From Bacteroidota bacterium (GTDB taxonomy: Bacteria > Bacteroidota > Bacteroidia > Bacteroidales > Porphyromonadaceae): a DNA stretch of 64,000 nucleotides. Below, piece by piece: positions 39,901 through 49,100 of the stretch (position 1 is the first letter of the stretch; every line of letters begins with the position of its first letter). Where the stretch lies: assembly GCA_023396255.1 (NCBI GenBank), contig JAEWWU010000018.1, positions 61,899 through 125,898 on the forward strand, read 5' to 3'. Under the pieces are notes generated by a model, which worked only from the letters and a program-made list of their open reading frames with translations, did not search any database and had not been told where the DNA came from. The position numbers were made by a program, and so were the translations under genes.

Positions 39901-40051
39901 AACTATTTATAATATGGCAGGTGCAAGAGTATATACAGCATCCGTTCAGGGAGTACCCTCAATGGAGTTGCCTTTGTTGGAACAAGGCTCTTTTCTGGTA
40001 GTGGTACGCTCTGCCGATGGAGCAGCCTCTGTACTTAAAGTGATGCGATAA
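36965..40051 (+). CDS. Large surface protein with classical LRR module, BspA-type LRR region and T9SS CTD
   Basis: Signal LLYSLLLCMAGVLTGWAQ. About 10 LxxLxLxxNxL repeats (aa 95-290), then BspA-type repeats (IDDYAFFG..SLQSIGVGSFMGC..LRSIG, EVGQWAFSG, IHQYAFAD, IAMGAFAG, IADQAFSGC). Tail ..GSFLVVVRSADGAASVLKVMR. Confidence 0.85.
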   Translation: MMKKISFLLYSLLLCMAGVLTGWAQDAPALKFKTEQSIGTKQSISVVTAEGAYRVDWGDGKPIEYSAMMSSGTVQGNYIAVYGSIKSLSLTGAKITAVETFNAPNLTIFNLSDNQLTSLVLPQLALLKSLSLQNNRLSELVLNNYPALETLNIKGNGMGKLTLNNLPQLKTLMMAENLVTELDLSKFAALNSVRASKNKLAKVVLAPNLKELHAEDNLLTSMAPVKDMPNLKTLRLSGNRIASMTVDGCAVFAELELNDNGLTALSLNNLPKLSLLYLKNNKLSAQTLETIYKALPNNSRGVIKIEGNEAAASSPMSIATDKGWKVDVAPVAQRQLVEGTDYTLSNDREGLARWLAEDLSLIDLNLDATLSQIKRIDDYAFFGAVSVQKILLPSSLQSIGVGSFMGCGLKEIKLPKGLRSIGKVNGKNSNPFGESLSLTKINVEEGNSRFASIDGVLYSKDGSMMIAYPAGRSGAEFSIPKEVQEVGQWAFSGALFLKKVICPSELKTIHQYAFADAGLLNQVELNEGLTAIDWAAFQRTAIESISLPKSLGVVMDGDYPVNPFMGCTSLKEIRVAEGNSTYSVSEGILYATEKTSLIAVPASLSLEQYTLPASVKSIAMGAFAGQKNLKGVRIRQYIAVPLRAFDECLRLESVRLETGTPYIADQAFSGCTALKNIYLINKKVPAIGEEAFDQVPATAVVYVAEGGKALYEADANWKKAISASYQEVAPIYSFLQIHREEFVKLTNTEEGAEFYNQIPEIAPLCRNNTEVVGNITGMTSIVVLGTQKGSDYEALYLVEVVPTQASFVEPYLSRQNRNRANIVSYEKELAQRTLTQEEDSFGGKLVTFSSEQQPGVAVKYLFMGDEAVMYTTIVFDSKKIYTNLKADVFFAERYTAATGTDLDDQAFDGFVRPDGVGYEYREMDIEESNDPVINIAYFFAKEVTYKPITLHTETIEAQPIGSLILQGNRLLFPQESVEVTIYNMAGARVYTASVQGVPSMELPLLEQGSFLVVVRSADGAASVLKVMR

Positions 40052-40111
40052 GATTTTTCATCACCGGGATGCCGCTTTCTTCGAGACTTTGTTTCTCGAG
40101 GGGCATACATT

Positions 40112-40170
40112 GAGGGCGAGACGATTTTCTCTTTTATCAAGAGTTCGATCTCGCCCTCTTTGTATTTTTT
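40112..40170 (+). terminator. Rho-independent terminator
   Basis: A 10-bp stem (gagggcgaga / tctcgccctc) followed by tttgtatttttt. Confidence 0.6.
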
Positions 40171-40422
40171 CGGAAAGAATTTCTATTGGAAAGAAGCTAT
40201 TTGGCGCAAAAAATGTTCCGTTTTTAGAGGAGAAACAAGCCATCTACGAGTTCTATCACATAGGTAAAACTCGGATAATGCTGAGAGAAAGAAAAAGAAA
40301 CTCCCCCTCCTTTCTTGAGATCTCCGTGCAAGAAACAAGGAATCATCACGAAAAAAAGGGGAGCTTGATTGGAGAGAGAGGCTTTTACTCCCTAAAACAA
40401 GGCTTAAAGGGAGTGGACAAGG

Positions 40423-42705
40423 TTAATCGGCAACACGACCCACTGAGTTAATATCAGGGTGCTGGCGTAGGGCTTCGACCAACTGTTTAATTTCCTCTAC
40501 ATTGTGCACGGCAATCTTTATTTTACCCCGAAAGACACCGTCTTGAGCACTCAGACTAACTTCCATAATGTTGAGACTAAAATCTTCGGTGATGGATTGC
40601 GTGATTGCATTGAGCAGACCTCGAGAGTCGATCCCTTCCAGCTCGATAGTCGCCGTAAAAACGCTGTGAGCGTGCCCTGCCCAAAGAGCCTGCACAATGG
40701 TGTCTCCGGCGCTGCTTTTGAGTCTGATGGCTTCAGGGCAAGAGCGTTTGTGTATAATTACTTTGTTGCCCACAACAAAGCCAAGTACCTCGTCATCCGG
40801 GATGGGATTACAACAAGAAGCTGTTTCGTAATTGCGGTTGAGGTCATCGTCGATGAGCAGATAAGGCTTTTTGCGATCTATTTCTTGAGGAGCAGTGGCA
40901 GCGGCCTTGATAGGAACTCGTTCTTTGCCCGAGGCTCCCAAAGCGGAGAAGAGCCGTTTGATAAAATTCCCCCCCGGTTTGTTTTCGTGCAAAAACTTCT
41001 TTACGCTTTCGGGCAAACTGACCAACCCTTTGCCTACGGCATAGAAAAACTCTTCTCGAGTTTGGAACCCGAAATATTCGGCAATATGATCGAGTTGGGT
41101 GGCTGTTATATCTTGCCCCTCTCGTTCAAACTGCCCAACCACAATCTTTTCGCCTTTGGATGTGAGGTTGCGGCGCAGTTTACGCAATTCGGCAACGATC
41201 TTGGATTTGGCTTTTGACGTAACTACGAAGCGAACCCATTCAGGCTTGACTACCTGATTGGCACTGGTGATAATCTCCACCTGATCTCCGCTTTTGAGTT
41301 TATAGCTAAGGGGAACTAATTGGTGGTTTACTTTGGCTCCGATGCAGCTATTACCCAAGTCTGTATGTACTGCATAGGCAAAATCCAAAGCCGTGCTTCC
41401 GTGCGGTAAAGAGAGGGCTTTTCCTTTTGGAGTAAAGATGAGTACTTCCTTAGAATAGAGATTGAGCTTGATAGTGTCTAAGAAGTCCATCGCATTGGGG
41501 TTGGGATTCTCCAGTATCTCCCGTATGGTATTGAGCCACCGCTCCAGTTCGGAATCTTCCTCTACCCCATTGGTTTTGTAGCGCCAGTGGGCGGCAAAAC
41601 CTTGCTCGGCAATATCATCCATTTTCTTGCTTCGTATTTGCACCTCCACCCATTCTCCGTCAGGGCCCATCACTGTTAGGTGCAGAGCTTGATATCCATT
41701 GCTTTTGGGATTGGAAAGCCAATCGCGAATGCGGTCGGGTTTATTGCGGTACACATCGGTTATATCCGAATAGATGTCCCAGCAGATCTTTTTGTCGGTT
41801 ACATCGGGAACCGATTCAAACACGATACGCACTGCAAAGATGTCGTATATCTCATCGAAAGGCACCCCCTTGGCCTCCATTTTGCGCCAAATGGAGTAAC
41901 AAGACTTGACTCGGGTACAGATGTTATATTTGAGCCCCATCTTGTCGAACATCGGTTTAAGAGGTGCTACGAAGTGAGCAAACAATTCGTTACGCTTGCC
42001 ATCCGTGTCGGCTATGCGTTGTTTGATCGCTTCGTATTCCTGTGGATGTTCTATTCTGAAACTCAGCTCCTCAAGCTCTGTCTTGATGGAGAAGAGTCCC
42101 AAACGGTGTGCCAACGGGGCGTAGATGTAGAGCGTTTCCCCGGCTATCTTCATTTGTGAGGCAGGTTTCATAGCCCCTATGGTGCGCATATTATGCAGGC
42201 GGTCGGCAATCTTAATGAGGATAACCCGCACATCATCGTTCATCGTTAGAATCAATTTGCGAAAGTTTTCCGCCTGCATAGATTCCACGCTGTTGTCTTG
42301 GCTGAGGTCTTCTTTAGAGATTTTGGTGAGCCCGTCTACGATTTGCGCCACTTTGTCTCCAAAAAGGGCGCGCAGATCATCTACGGTATACTCGGTATCC
42401 TCCACCACATCGTGCAGAATGGCGCATACAATGGAGGTTGAGCCCAATCCCATTTCACGGCACACGATGCGACCAATTGCCAACGGGTGCATAATGTAGG
42501 GCTCTCCGCTACGTCGGCGTACCCCCTCGTGCGCTTTACGAGCAAAGTGAAAAGCTTTTTCTATCCGCTCTACTTTGCGGCGGTGGTTAGAATTGATGTA
42601 ATCTTGAATGAGAGCGTTGTATTCGGCCTGAATCATCTCCTCGTCGGAAAGCCCTTTGCCTGTATAAACAGCCGGATAAACGTCCGAAATGTAGCTTTGA
42701 CTCAT
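40423..42705 (-). CDS. Bifunctional (p)ppGpp synthetase/hydrolase, RelA/SpoT family
   Basis: 760 aa. HD domain (HPLAIGRIV..ILHDVVEDT), synthetase region (YQALHLTVMGPDGEWVEVQIRSKKMD), TGS, and a C-terminal ACT-like domain. Confidence 0.9.
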   Translation of the reverse strand: MSQSYISDVYPAVYTGKGLSDEEMIQAEYNALIQDYINSNHRRKVERIEKAFHFARKAHEGVRRRSGEPYIMHPLAIGRIVCREMGLGSTSIVCAILHDVVEDTEYTVDDLRALFGDKVAQIVDGLTKISKEDLSQDNSVESMQAENFRKLILTMNDDVRVILIKIADRLHNMRTIGAMKPASQMKIAGETLYIYAPLAHRLGLFSIKTELEELSFRIEHPQEYEAIKQRIADTDGKRNELFAHFVAPLKPMFDKMGLKYNICTRVKSCYSIWRKMEAKGVPFDEIYDIFAVRIVFESVPDVTDKKICWDIYSDITDVYRNKPDRIRDWLSNPKSNGYQALHLTVMGPDGEWVEVQIRSKKMDDIAEQGFAAHWRYKTNGVEEDSELERWLNTIREILENPNPNAMDFLDTIKLNLYSKEVLIFTPKGKALSLPHGSTALDFAYAVHTDLGNSCIGAKVNHQLVPLSYKLKSGDQVEIITSANQVVKPEWVRFVVTSKAKSKIVAELRKLRRNLTSKGEKIVVGQFEREGQDITATQLDHIAEYFGFQTREEFFYAVGKGLVSLPESVKKFLHENKPGGNFIKRLFSALGASGKERVPIKAAATAPQEIDRKKPYLLIDDDLNRNYETASCCNPIPDDEVLGFVVGNKVIIHKRSCPEAIRLKSSAGDTIVQALWAGHAHSVFTATIELEGIDSRGLLNAITQSITEDFSLNIMEVSLSAQDGVFRGKIKIAVHNVEEIKQLVEALRQHPDINSVGRVAD

Positions 42706-42711
42706 ATATAA

Positions 42712-43356
42712 TTACTTAAAAACAGGTATTTGCAAAAACGAGCACTCCGGCAGATGCTTCTCCACAAACTTTTGCAGATAGGCTATGGTCTCTTGCTCGA
42801 TAGAAGCATCTTGCTGCGGATAAGTGTTGTACAGCAGATACCGAATAGAAATGTTGCGATGACGACAAGCCTCTATGGAAAGAAGCGTGTGGTTGAGGCT
42901 GCCCAATCGCCCGGAAGTGACCAAAGCAACCGGCGCACCGGTCGAAGCAATGTAGTCTGCCGTGAGCAGTTCTTCGGTAAGGGGTACCATAAGTCCGCCG
43001 GCACACTCGACCAATACGATATCGAACCCTCGTTGCAACAACTCTTGCGTACAGTCGGTAATACGCTCGGGATCAATGGTTTGCCCTTCCATACGTGCCG
43101 AAAGGTGAGGCGAAGCCGGATAATCAAAGAGATAAGGACACGTGAGTCCGCTTAGGTCCTCGGGATACAACTCCTCACTCAAAAGAGAGCGGTGCTTGGC
43201 AATGTCTTCGGAGATCCCGACACAACCCGTCTGCACCAGCTTTTGAGAGATGGCTTTGTGCCCCTCTTCTCGGAGCAGGCGGAGCAGGTAGGCGGTTGCG
43301 TAGGTTTTGCCAATGTCTGTATCTATCCCGCTGATATAGATAATGGGCGTATTCAT
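42712..43356 (-). CDS. bioD: Dethiobiotin synthase
   Basis: P-loop ISGIDTDIGKTYAT. ATG at 43356 avoids overlap with the ROK gene. It lies 6 nt upstream of the relA/spoT-family gene. Confidence 0.75.
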   Translation of the reverse strand: MNTPIIYISGIDTDIGKTYATAYLLRLLREEGHKAISQKLVQTGCVGISEDIAKHRSLLSEELYPEDLSGLTCPYLFDYPASPHLSARMEGQTIDPERITDCTQELLQRGFDIVLVECAGGLMVPLTEELLTADYIASTGAPVALVTSGRLGSLNHTLLSIEACRHRNISIRYLLYNTYPQQDASIEQETIAYLQKFVEKHLPECSFLQIPVFK

Positions 43357-43387
43357 AGGAGCTGAAAAAAAGGCGATAAACTTAGTT

Positions 43388-44626
43388 TTACAAAACTTCA
43401 AAGCAGCGAGTGCGTGCCATCATACAAGAGCCCATCACACCGGCTTTCTCTCCCAAAGCTGCAATGCGGATTTCTGTATCTCTATTCACTATGCCCAGCG
43501 AGTAGGTGCGCATTACGGTTTCGACCGGTTGGCGGATGCTCTCGCCCGTGCGCGCCAAAGCTCCCCCGATGACCAAAACTTCCGGATTGAAGATATTGAT
43601 TAACCCGGCTATTCGCTTACCTAACTTGCGCCCAATGATTTCCAAAGCCTGCAAACAGAGGACATCTTCTTTGTTGATGGCAGTGATAATGTCTTCGAGC
43701 GAAACGGATTGTCCTTGCTGAACCTTCTCCGAAAGAATAGAAACCTCACCCGAGGCAATTCGTTCCAAGATGGTTCTGTGTAGTGCCTGACCGCTTATTT
43801 CGGTTTGCAAGCAACCTTTTTTGCCACAGTGACAAAGTATTTCGTTGTCATACACGCTGATGTGCCCCAACTCTCCACTAAAACCCGACTTACCGGCATA
43901 AATCTTGCCATCGATGATGATACCCAATCCCATTCCCCAACTCATATTGAGGTAGAGTGCATTTTGTGCTCCCAATTCGGACGGAACTCCGTGAGTAAAC
44001 TCTCCGTAAGCCATTCCTCGGGTGTCGTTGTCGATGCTGACCCGAAATCCCAGACGGTCGCTAAACATCTGCGCCAGAGGCTTTTCTTCGGTGTCTTTGA
44101 GGAATGTGAAGCTGCGCCCCAAGCGCGGATTGATACGACCGGGGAGATTGATATGGATACTCAAAAGGTCTTGAGATTCGACCCCATTGCGTTGGATAAA
44201 ATCTGTAATCAATCCACACAGTTCGTCTATCTTCTCCACATCGTTGGTCAGATTGAATGGAATGTTGTATTCAGAAGACAATTCGCTTCCCATTAGGTCT
44301 ATGATGCCCATATTGACACACTCGTGCTGCACGTCTACTCCCACGAACTTACCTGCTTGTGGATGCATTCCATAGAGAATGGGTTGCCGTCCTCCACTGG
44401 TCTCTTTCTTACCATAGACTTGCACAAATCCATTGTCCACCAACTCCGATATAATCTTGTTGGCGGTAGGTATGCTCAGATTGATATAATGTGCCAAATC
44501 CGATACGGTTGCAGGTCCCTGATTGATATAGTACGATATAATTTGCCGTTGAGTTTGCGCCAATTTGCTCTCTTGTCCGATATGAGCCAACAATCGGGGT
44601 TGGAGTATTTTCTTCTTCTGAACCAT
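43388..44626 (-). CDS. ROK-family transcriptional regulator (N-terminal wHTH plus sugar-kinase fold)
   Basis: N-terminal HTH (ATVSDLAHYINLSIPTANKIISELV), ROK signature GFSGELGH, and zinc motif CHCGKKGCLQT. Confidence 0.8.
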   Translation of the reverse strand: MVQKKKILQPRLLAHIGQESKLAQTQRQIISYYINQGPATVSDLAHYINLSIPTANKIISELVDNGFVQVYGKKETSGGRQPILYGMHPQAGKFVGVDVQHECVNMGIIDLMGSELSSEYNIPFNLTNDVEKIDELCGLITDFIQRNGVESQDLLSIHINLPGRINPRLGRSFTFLKDTEEKPLAQMFSDRLGFRVSIDNDTRGMAYGEFTHGVPSELGAQNALYLNMSWGMGLGIIIDGKIYAGKSGFSGELGHISVYDNEILCHCGKKGCLQTEISGQALHRTILERIASGEVSILSEKVQQGQSVSLEDIITAINKEDVLCLQALEIIGRKLGKRIAGLINIFNPEVLVIGGALARTGESIRQPVETVMRTYSLGIVNRDTEIRIAALGEKAGVMGSCMMARTRCFEVL

Positions 44627-44726
44627 AGTTTATGTAGATTAATCGGGCGATTCTTGGCAACTCCAGTGAAAAATTTTATAACCCAAGCTACGAGACACCG
44701 TTGCCAAGCCGAAACGCCTCTGAGTT

Positions 44727-46091
44727 TTATTCCTGTATTTTGGTTGTCGAGGGCTCGGAGCTTTTTTTCCTCTTCTTTTGCGAATGGTTTCTACGCTTAT
44801 TTTTCTCCTCGGAATTGCCACCCTGTCCGGACCTCTTTCCTGTCAGTTGCTGCCTGCCTGCATTGCGAGTATGGCCCTTGCCTCTACCTTGTGACGAAGA
44901 TCTGCGCTTGTTGTCTCTCTCCTGCGGAGCGTAGTCCGGGGCTGCCCCCAGCTCTGTATCTATCGGCAGCCGATAGATTTCTTTGCCAAGAAATTTTTGC
45001 AAGCGGGCAAATCCACTCTGCTCTTTGGGGGCAATAAGCGTTATGGCAAGCCCCTCACCGTCCGTTCCCCGGGCGGTACGTCCGATGCGGTGTACATAAT
45101 CTTCGTGGTCGTGGGGCAGTTCATAGTTGATCACCAACCCAATGTTATCGATGTCTATTCCGCGAGCTACCACATCTGTCGCCACCAAGATTTGTATTTT
45201 TCCACTGCGGAAGTCTCGCAAGACACTTTCCCTTTCGGTTTGCTCCAAATCCGAATGGATTGCAGCCACCGGCAAACGATGCTGCTTGAGGGCGGAGTGC
45301 AAGGCACGTACCACCGACTTGGACGAAGAGAAAATAATGGTACGTTTATTTTGTGCTTCTAACGAAGATCCCACCAACAAACTGCGAACAAGGGGTAGTT
45401 TTTGCTCCTCATAACAGATATAAGCCGTTTGCATAATGGTTTCGGGCGGACGAGAAATGGAGAGCTCCACCAGTTGTGGCTCCTTCAGGATGTTGCGTGC
45501 CAAAGTTTTGATTTTGGCCGGCATTGTGGCAGAAAACATAACCGTTTGGCACGTTGCGGGCAGAGTTTTGTAAATAGCCATAATGTCGTTGTAGAAACCC
45601 ATATCGAGCATTCTATCGGCTTCGTCCAAAACAAAATAGGAGACTTGCGATAGGTCACAAGCTTGAAGGTTAATCATACTGAGCAACCGCCCGGGAGTGG
45701 CTATGACGATGTCTACTCCCATATCCATTCCTCGACGCTGTTGCTCCCAAGCGATGCCATCCGTTCCCCCGTAAATGGCCAATGTACTCAGAGAAACGAA
45801 GTACGAGAAACCCTCCACCTGCCGATCTATCTGCTGTGCCAATTCGCGAGTGGGAGCCATAACGACGGCATTCACCCGATTGCCCGAAAGCTCTCCGCGA
45901 CAAATGCGGTTGATAATGGGAAGCAGATAGGCGGCCGTTTTGCCCGACCCGGTTTGGGCACACCCCAGCACGTCGCGACCCGACAAGATGAGTGGGATGC
46001 AAGCCTTTTGGATGGGAGTCATTTCTGAAAAATTCATCGCATCTAAGCCGTCCAATACTTCGTTTTCTAAATCCAGATCGCTAAATCTCAT
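44727..46091 (-). CDS. DEAD-box ATP-dependent RNA helicase with basic C-terminal tail
   Basis: Q motif (F..MTPIQ), AQTGSGKT, PTRELA, DEAD (VLDEAD), SAT, HRIGRTAR, and an RGG/K-rich tail. Confidence 0.9.
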   Translation of the reverse strand: MRFSDLDLENEVLDGLDAMNFSEMTPIQKACIPLILSGRDVLGCAQTGSGKTAAYLLPIINRICRGELSGNRVNAVVMAPTRELAQQIDRQVEGFSYFVSLSTLAIYGGTDGIAWEQQRRGMDMGVDIVIATPGRLLSMINLQACDLSQVSYFVLDEADRMLDMGFYNDIMAIYKTLPATCQTVMFSATMPAKIKTLARNILKEPQLVELSISRPPETIMQTAYICYEEQKLPLVRSLLVGSSLEAQNKRTIIFSSSKSVVRALHSALKQHRLPVAAIHSDLEQTERESVLRDFRSGKIQILVATDVVARGIDIDNIGLVINYELPHDHEDYVHRIGRTARGTDGEGLAITLIAPKEQSGFARLQKFLGKEIYRLPIDTELGAAPDYAPQERDNKRRSSSQGRGKGHTRNAGRQQLTGKRSGQGGNSEEKNKRRNHSQKKRKKSSEPSTTKIQE

Positions 46092-46115
46092 TCTTTTTTT
46101 GTTTTGTTAGATGCA

Positions 46116-46123
46116 CAAATGTA
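46116..46123 (-). promoter_or_regulatory. -7 promoter box (TACATTTG on the minus strand) for the helicase gene
   Basis: Perfect TAnnTTTG, 25 nt upstream of the ATG at 46091. Confidence 0.55.
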
Positions 46124-46303
46124 CTCTTTTTTAACCATAAGCGGATCAAGTCTTTTATTTTTTGAATTTATAGGGGAAAAAGAGGGAGGAGGCGAAGAAA
46201 GAGCCTCCAAAATAGGGGCACGGCCACCCATAAAGAGATCAATAGAAAAGGAGGGAGATACCGCACACTGAAAGAACAAACATAAAGCATCCCTCAACTC
46301 CGT

Positions 46304-46417
46304 GATTTAGTTCCCTGCAAATCCCCGATTAATTCCCTACTTTTGGGCGATTTTGAGGGAATTAATTTTGGATAATTCCCTACAAATTTTTCTTCCGTCC
46401 AAGCAAATATTTTTTAC
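46304..46417 (-). repeat. Mosaic intergenic repeat, copy 3 (core on the minus strand)
   Basis: TAGTTCCCT 46308, TAATTCCCT 46330, AGGGAATTA 46356, TAATTCCCT 46373, then the reverse-complemented core AAATTTTTCTTCCGTCCAAGCAAATATTTTT. Confidence 0.9.
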
Positions 46418-46622
46418 GAAGGTGAAACCTCCTCGCAAGACCCACTTCTACACAACAATTTACCTTACAATATCCTCTATTTTGTTTTCCTGTTGATTTA
46501 TTTTGATCGATTGTTGCACCAATATTGCCATCTGAAAATAACATTTATGCACTATAAGACAGCAAAAAGAAGTATCATCCCATTTGTTTACACTTTTTCG
46601 TGCTTTTGATAAAAATGTTCCG

Positions 46623-46630
46623 TACCTTTG
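46623..46630 (+). promoter_or_regulatory. -7 promoter box TACCTTTG for the aldolase gene
   Basis: Perfect TAnnTTTG, 57 nt upstream of the ATG at 46687. Confidence 0.5.
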
Positions 46631-46686
46631 GCAGAAGTTAATAACAACAATTAAGTGTTTAATTCTCTCTTAATGTGAAAGAAGCT

Positions 46687-47568
46687 ATGAATCAAGAACA
46701 ATTGCAACAGATGAAGCAAGCTCCCGGCTTTATAGGAGCGTTGGATCAGAGTGGGGGCTCTACGCCCAAAGCGCTCAAAGCTTATGGAATAGAACCGGAA
46801 GAATACAAGTCCGAAGAGGAGATGTTCGAACTAATCCACCAAATGCGTGCCCGAATGATTACCTCTCCCGCTTTTGCAACCAAAAAAATCATCGGTGTAA
46901 TTCTCTTTGAACGCACTATGCGTGGCGAAATAGAAGGAATCCCCACAGCCGACTTCCTTTGGCAAAAAAGACAAATTGTTCCTTTCTTAAAGGTTGATAA
47001 GGGACTGCAAGAAGAAGCCAATGGGGTACAATTGATGAAGCCGTTCCCCGAGTTGGGCAAGCTGTGTGACGAAGCGGTTGGTTACAATGTTTTTGGGACC
47101 AAGATGCGTAGCGTTATCAAACAAGCAAATGAGCAGGGAATACGCGACATTGTAGAGCAACAATTCCAGTGGGGTCGTGAAATCTTGTCTCACGGTTTGG
47201 TGCCCATTTTGGAACCCGAGGTAGACATCAAATGTCCGGACAAGGCCAAGGCTGAAGAAATTCTTAAGCGTGAATTGTTGGCTCAACTTGACAAGCAAAC
47301 TCAACCCGTGATGCTAAAAATAACGATTCCCACCGTGGCCAACTTCTACAAAGAAATCATCGAGCATCCTATGATGTTGCGTGTGGTTGCCCTTTCGGGA
47401 GGATATAGCCGCGAAGAAGCCAATGAACTTTTGAGCCGCAACCACGGCATCATAGCTTCGTTTTCAAGAGCATTGGCAGAAGGCTTGTCTGCCAAGCAAA
47501 GCGATGCCGAGTTCAACGCTGTCTTAGAAAAGTCAGTAGACGGCGTTTACCAAGCTTCTATTCAATAA
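46687..47568 (+). CDS. Class I fructose-bisphosphate aldolase
   Basis: [30 protein letters not shown] is a typical bacterial class I FBA N-terminus, and the Schiff-base lysine region is FLKVDKG. The first ATG is at 46687. Confidence 0.85.
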   Translation: MNQEQLQQMKQAPGFIGALDQSGGSTPKALKAYGIEPEEYKSEEEMFELIHQMRARMITSPAFATKKIIGVILFERTMRGEIEGIPTADFLWQKRQIVPFLKVDKGLQEEANGVQLMKPFPELGKLCDEAVGYNVFGTKMRSVIKQANEQGIRDIVEQQFQWGREILSHGLVPILEPEVDIKCPDKAKAEEILKRELLAQLDKQTQPVMLKITIPTVANFYKEIIEHPMMLRVVALSGGYSREEANELLSRNHGIIASFSRALAEGLSAKQSDAEFNAVLEKSVDGVYQASIQ

Positions 47569-47588
47569 TCTTTTGAAGACATAAATTG

Positions 47589-47630
47589 AAAGCCTCCGAG
47601 AATCGACGATTCTCGGAGGCTTTGTTTTTT
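47589..47630 (+). terminator. Rho-independent terminator of the aldolase gene
   Basis: A 15-bp perfect stem (agcctccgagaatcg / cgattctcggaggct) followed by ttgtttttt. Confidence 0.8.
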
Positions 47631-47743
47631 CCCTCTATCTTGCTTTTACGGCAAAATGCTCCTCTATAAAAACGTGAAAACCATTGCCTCATACCCCTTT
47701 TAACACAATCATTAGGAAATATGGGAAGAGAAAAAGCGAGCTA

Positions 47744-47799
47744 TAAAAAAAGAGAGAGCCACTCTACGTTCCTTTTCGGAGGTAAGAGTGGCACTCTCT
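47744..47799 (-). terminator. Terminator for the lipoprotein / small-ORF A unit
   Basis: Stem gagagccactct / agagtggcactctc, followed on the minus strand by a T7 run (47744-47750). Confidence 0.55.
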
Positions 47800-47926
47800 A
47801 TTAAAGTAGCAAGCAGCCCCCTTCCGGAGAAAGCTATTCGGGTTGTTTTTCTCCGATAAGAATGACTACGGCTTGGTCTATACAATCATTGGTTTGATTC
47901 TTTAAGGAGATGGCAAAATGTCTTCA

Positions 47927-48100
47927 TCAACGCAAAGGATCCAACTCTTCATCCTCTGCGGATTCCCATTCTTTAACATTTCCTTGTATAGATACCCCAA
48001 CCAAAAGAGTCTCCAGCATCGATAGCTTAACGACCTCTACCCTTGGGGCTTCGTAAGGTTTACCACTCATAAAGTTTCCTTTTATATTTGATTTTCTCAT
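47927..48100 (-). CDS. Small ORF A (57 aa from ATG 48100, or 47 aa from ATG 48070), paralog of small ORFs B and C
   Basis: My own translation: (MRKSNIKGNF)MSGKPYEAPRVEVVKLSMLETLLVGVSIQGNVKEWESAEDEELDPLR. It is below the 60-aa ORF-track cutoff and starts 7 nt (or 37 nt) after the stop of the 48108-49100 gene. It shares the K-x-Y-x-x-P-x-V-E-x-h-x-L/I motif with B and C. Confidence 0.55.
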   Translation of the reverse strand: MRKSNIKGNFMSGKPYEAPRVEVVKLSMLETLLVGVSIQGNVKEWESAEDEELDPLR

Positions 48101-48107
48101 TGTCTTA

Positions 48108-49100
48108 TCAGATTTTTAGTTTCAAGTATTTGGTTTGTCCGTCTTTAACGGTTTTAACATTGTATCTTGCCTCCCTTGGTGCATAGTAAACCATATCGTA
48201 ATAACTTACCGTAAGTGGGATGGACTCAGGTTTAGCCTCTCCCAAATACCCCAACCACAAGAAAATAAATTTGTTGGACAAAGATTGACTTTGGATACTC
48301 TCTGGCATCGTCAGGTTTGTTGAAGGGGAGCTATAATATTCAGAGAAATAGGGTAATGTTCCTTCTTTGGGTACCTGCGTTATATCCAAACAAACCATAT
48401 TCGATAAAGATGTCGTTTCGGTTGGTTTTATTCCCAATACACTAATCTCTGCCCCACTGGTATTTTCGACCTGCACTCTTAAGAGAAATCCTCGTGGACA
48501 AAATTCGTCCCTTATAGAGGCCTCATCTTGAGCATTAAATGAGAGCTTAGACCATACCGTAGTATAGGGGATATTAAGATATTGGTTACTGCCTCCAATG
48601 TTCAATGTTTTATTTGCTGGATCTACCAAAAAAGGCTGGTAACCATACCCATACTTGTTTTGATAAAGATTCATTCCTCCAACAATGACACAAGCTAGAT
48701 ATTCTTTGTCTTTGTTATACCCGAGCATATCAAAGGTACTTTTATGACACAGTTTGGTTACGCCGTTAATCAACTTTGCTTCCAACGTAATATCCTGTTT
48801 GTGCACAGTTTCCCCTCCATTCTTCTCGCGAATCAAGAGATGACCGTCTACAGTCTCTCCAACATTGAGTTTCAATTTGGGGAAATACTTTTGATCTAAA
48901 TCAGCATCCAACTGAATTGCCGACATCTTCAATTGGGGATTGTCATTGGCAATTCCTGCTTCAAAATCAAGCGATATTCTTGTTGATTTTTCTTGAGGAG
49001 TTAATTGATCTCCACGCTTTCCGCATCCGGAAAGCAAACTAAGGACACACAAAAGTATGCCCATACGACCGACTGTACGGTCAAATAAAGTAATCTTCAT
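48108..49100 (-). CDS. Lipoprotein of unknown function
   Basis: Lipobox LSLLSGC after a hydrophobic signal. 330 aa. I recognise no family. Confidence 0.65.
   Translation of the reverse strand: MKITLFDRTVGRMGILLCVLSLLSGCGKRGDQLTPQEKSTRISLDFEAGIANDNPQLKMSAIQLDADLDQKYFPKLKLNVGETVDGHLLIREKNGGETVHKQDITLEAKLINGVTKLCHKSTFDMLGYNKDKEYLACVIVGGMNLYQNKYGYGYQPFLVDPANKTLNIGGSNQYLNIPYTTVWSKLSFNAQDEASIRDEFCPRGFLLRVQVENTSGAEISVLGIKPTETTSLSNMVCLDITQVPKEGTLPYFSEYYSSPSTNLTMPESIQSQSLSNKFIFLWLGYLGEAKPESIPLTVSYYDMVYYAPREARYNVKTVKDGQTKYLKLKI

Noticed and set aside
42712-43401. Longer 229-aa version of bioD starting at 43401.
   Set aside because: It would overlap the ROK gene's 3' end by 14 nt and would add a hydrophobic N-extension before the P-loop. 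The ATG at 43356 gives the canonical M-x-x-x-I-x-G-T-D-T-x-x-GKT start.
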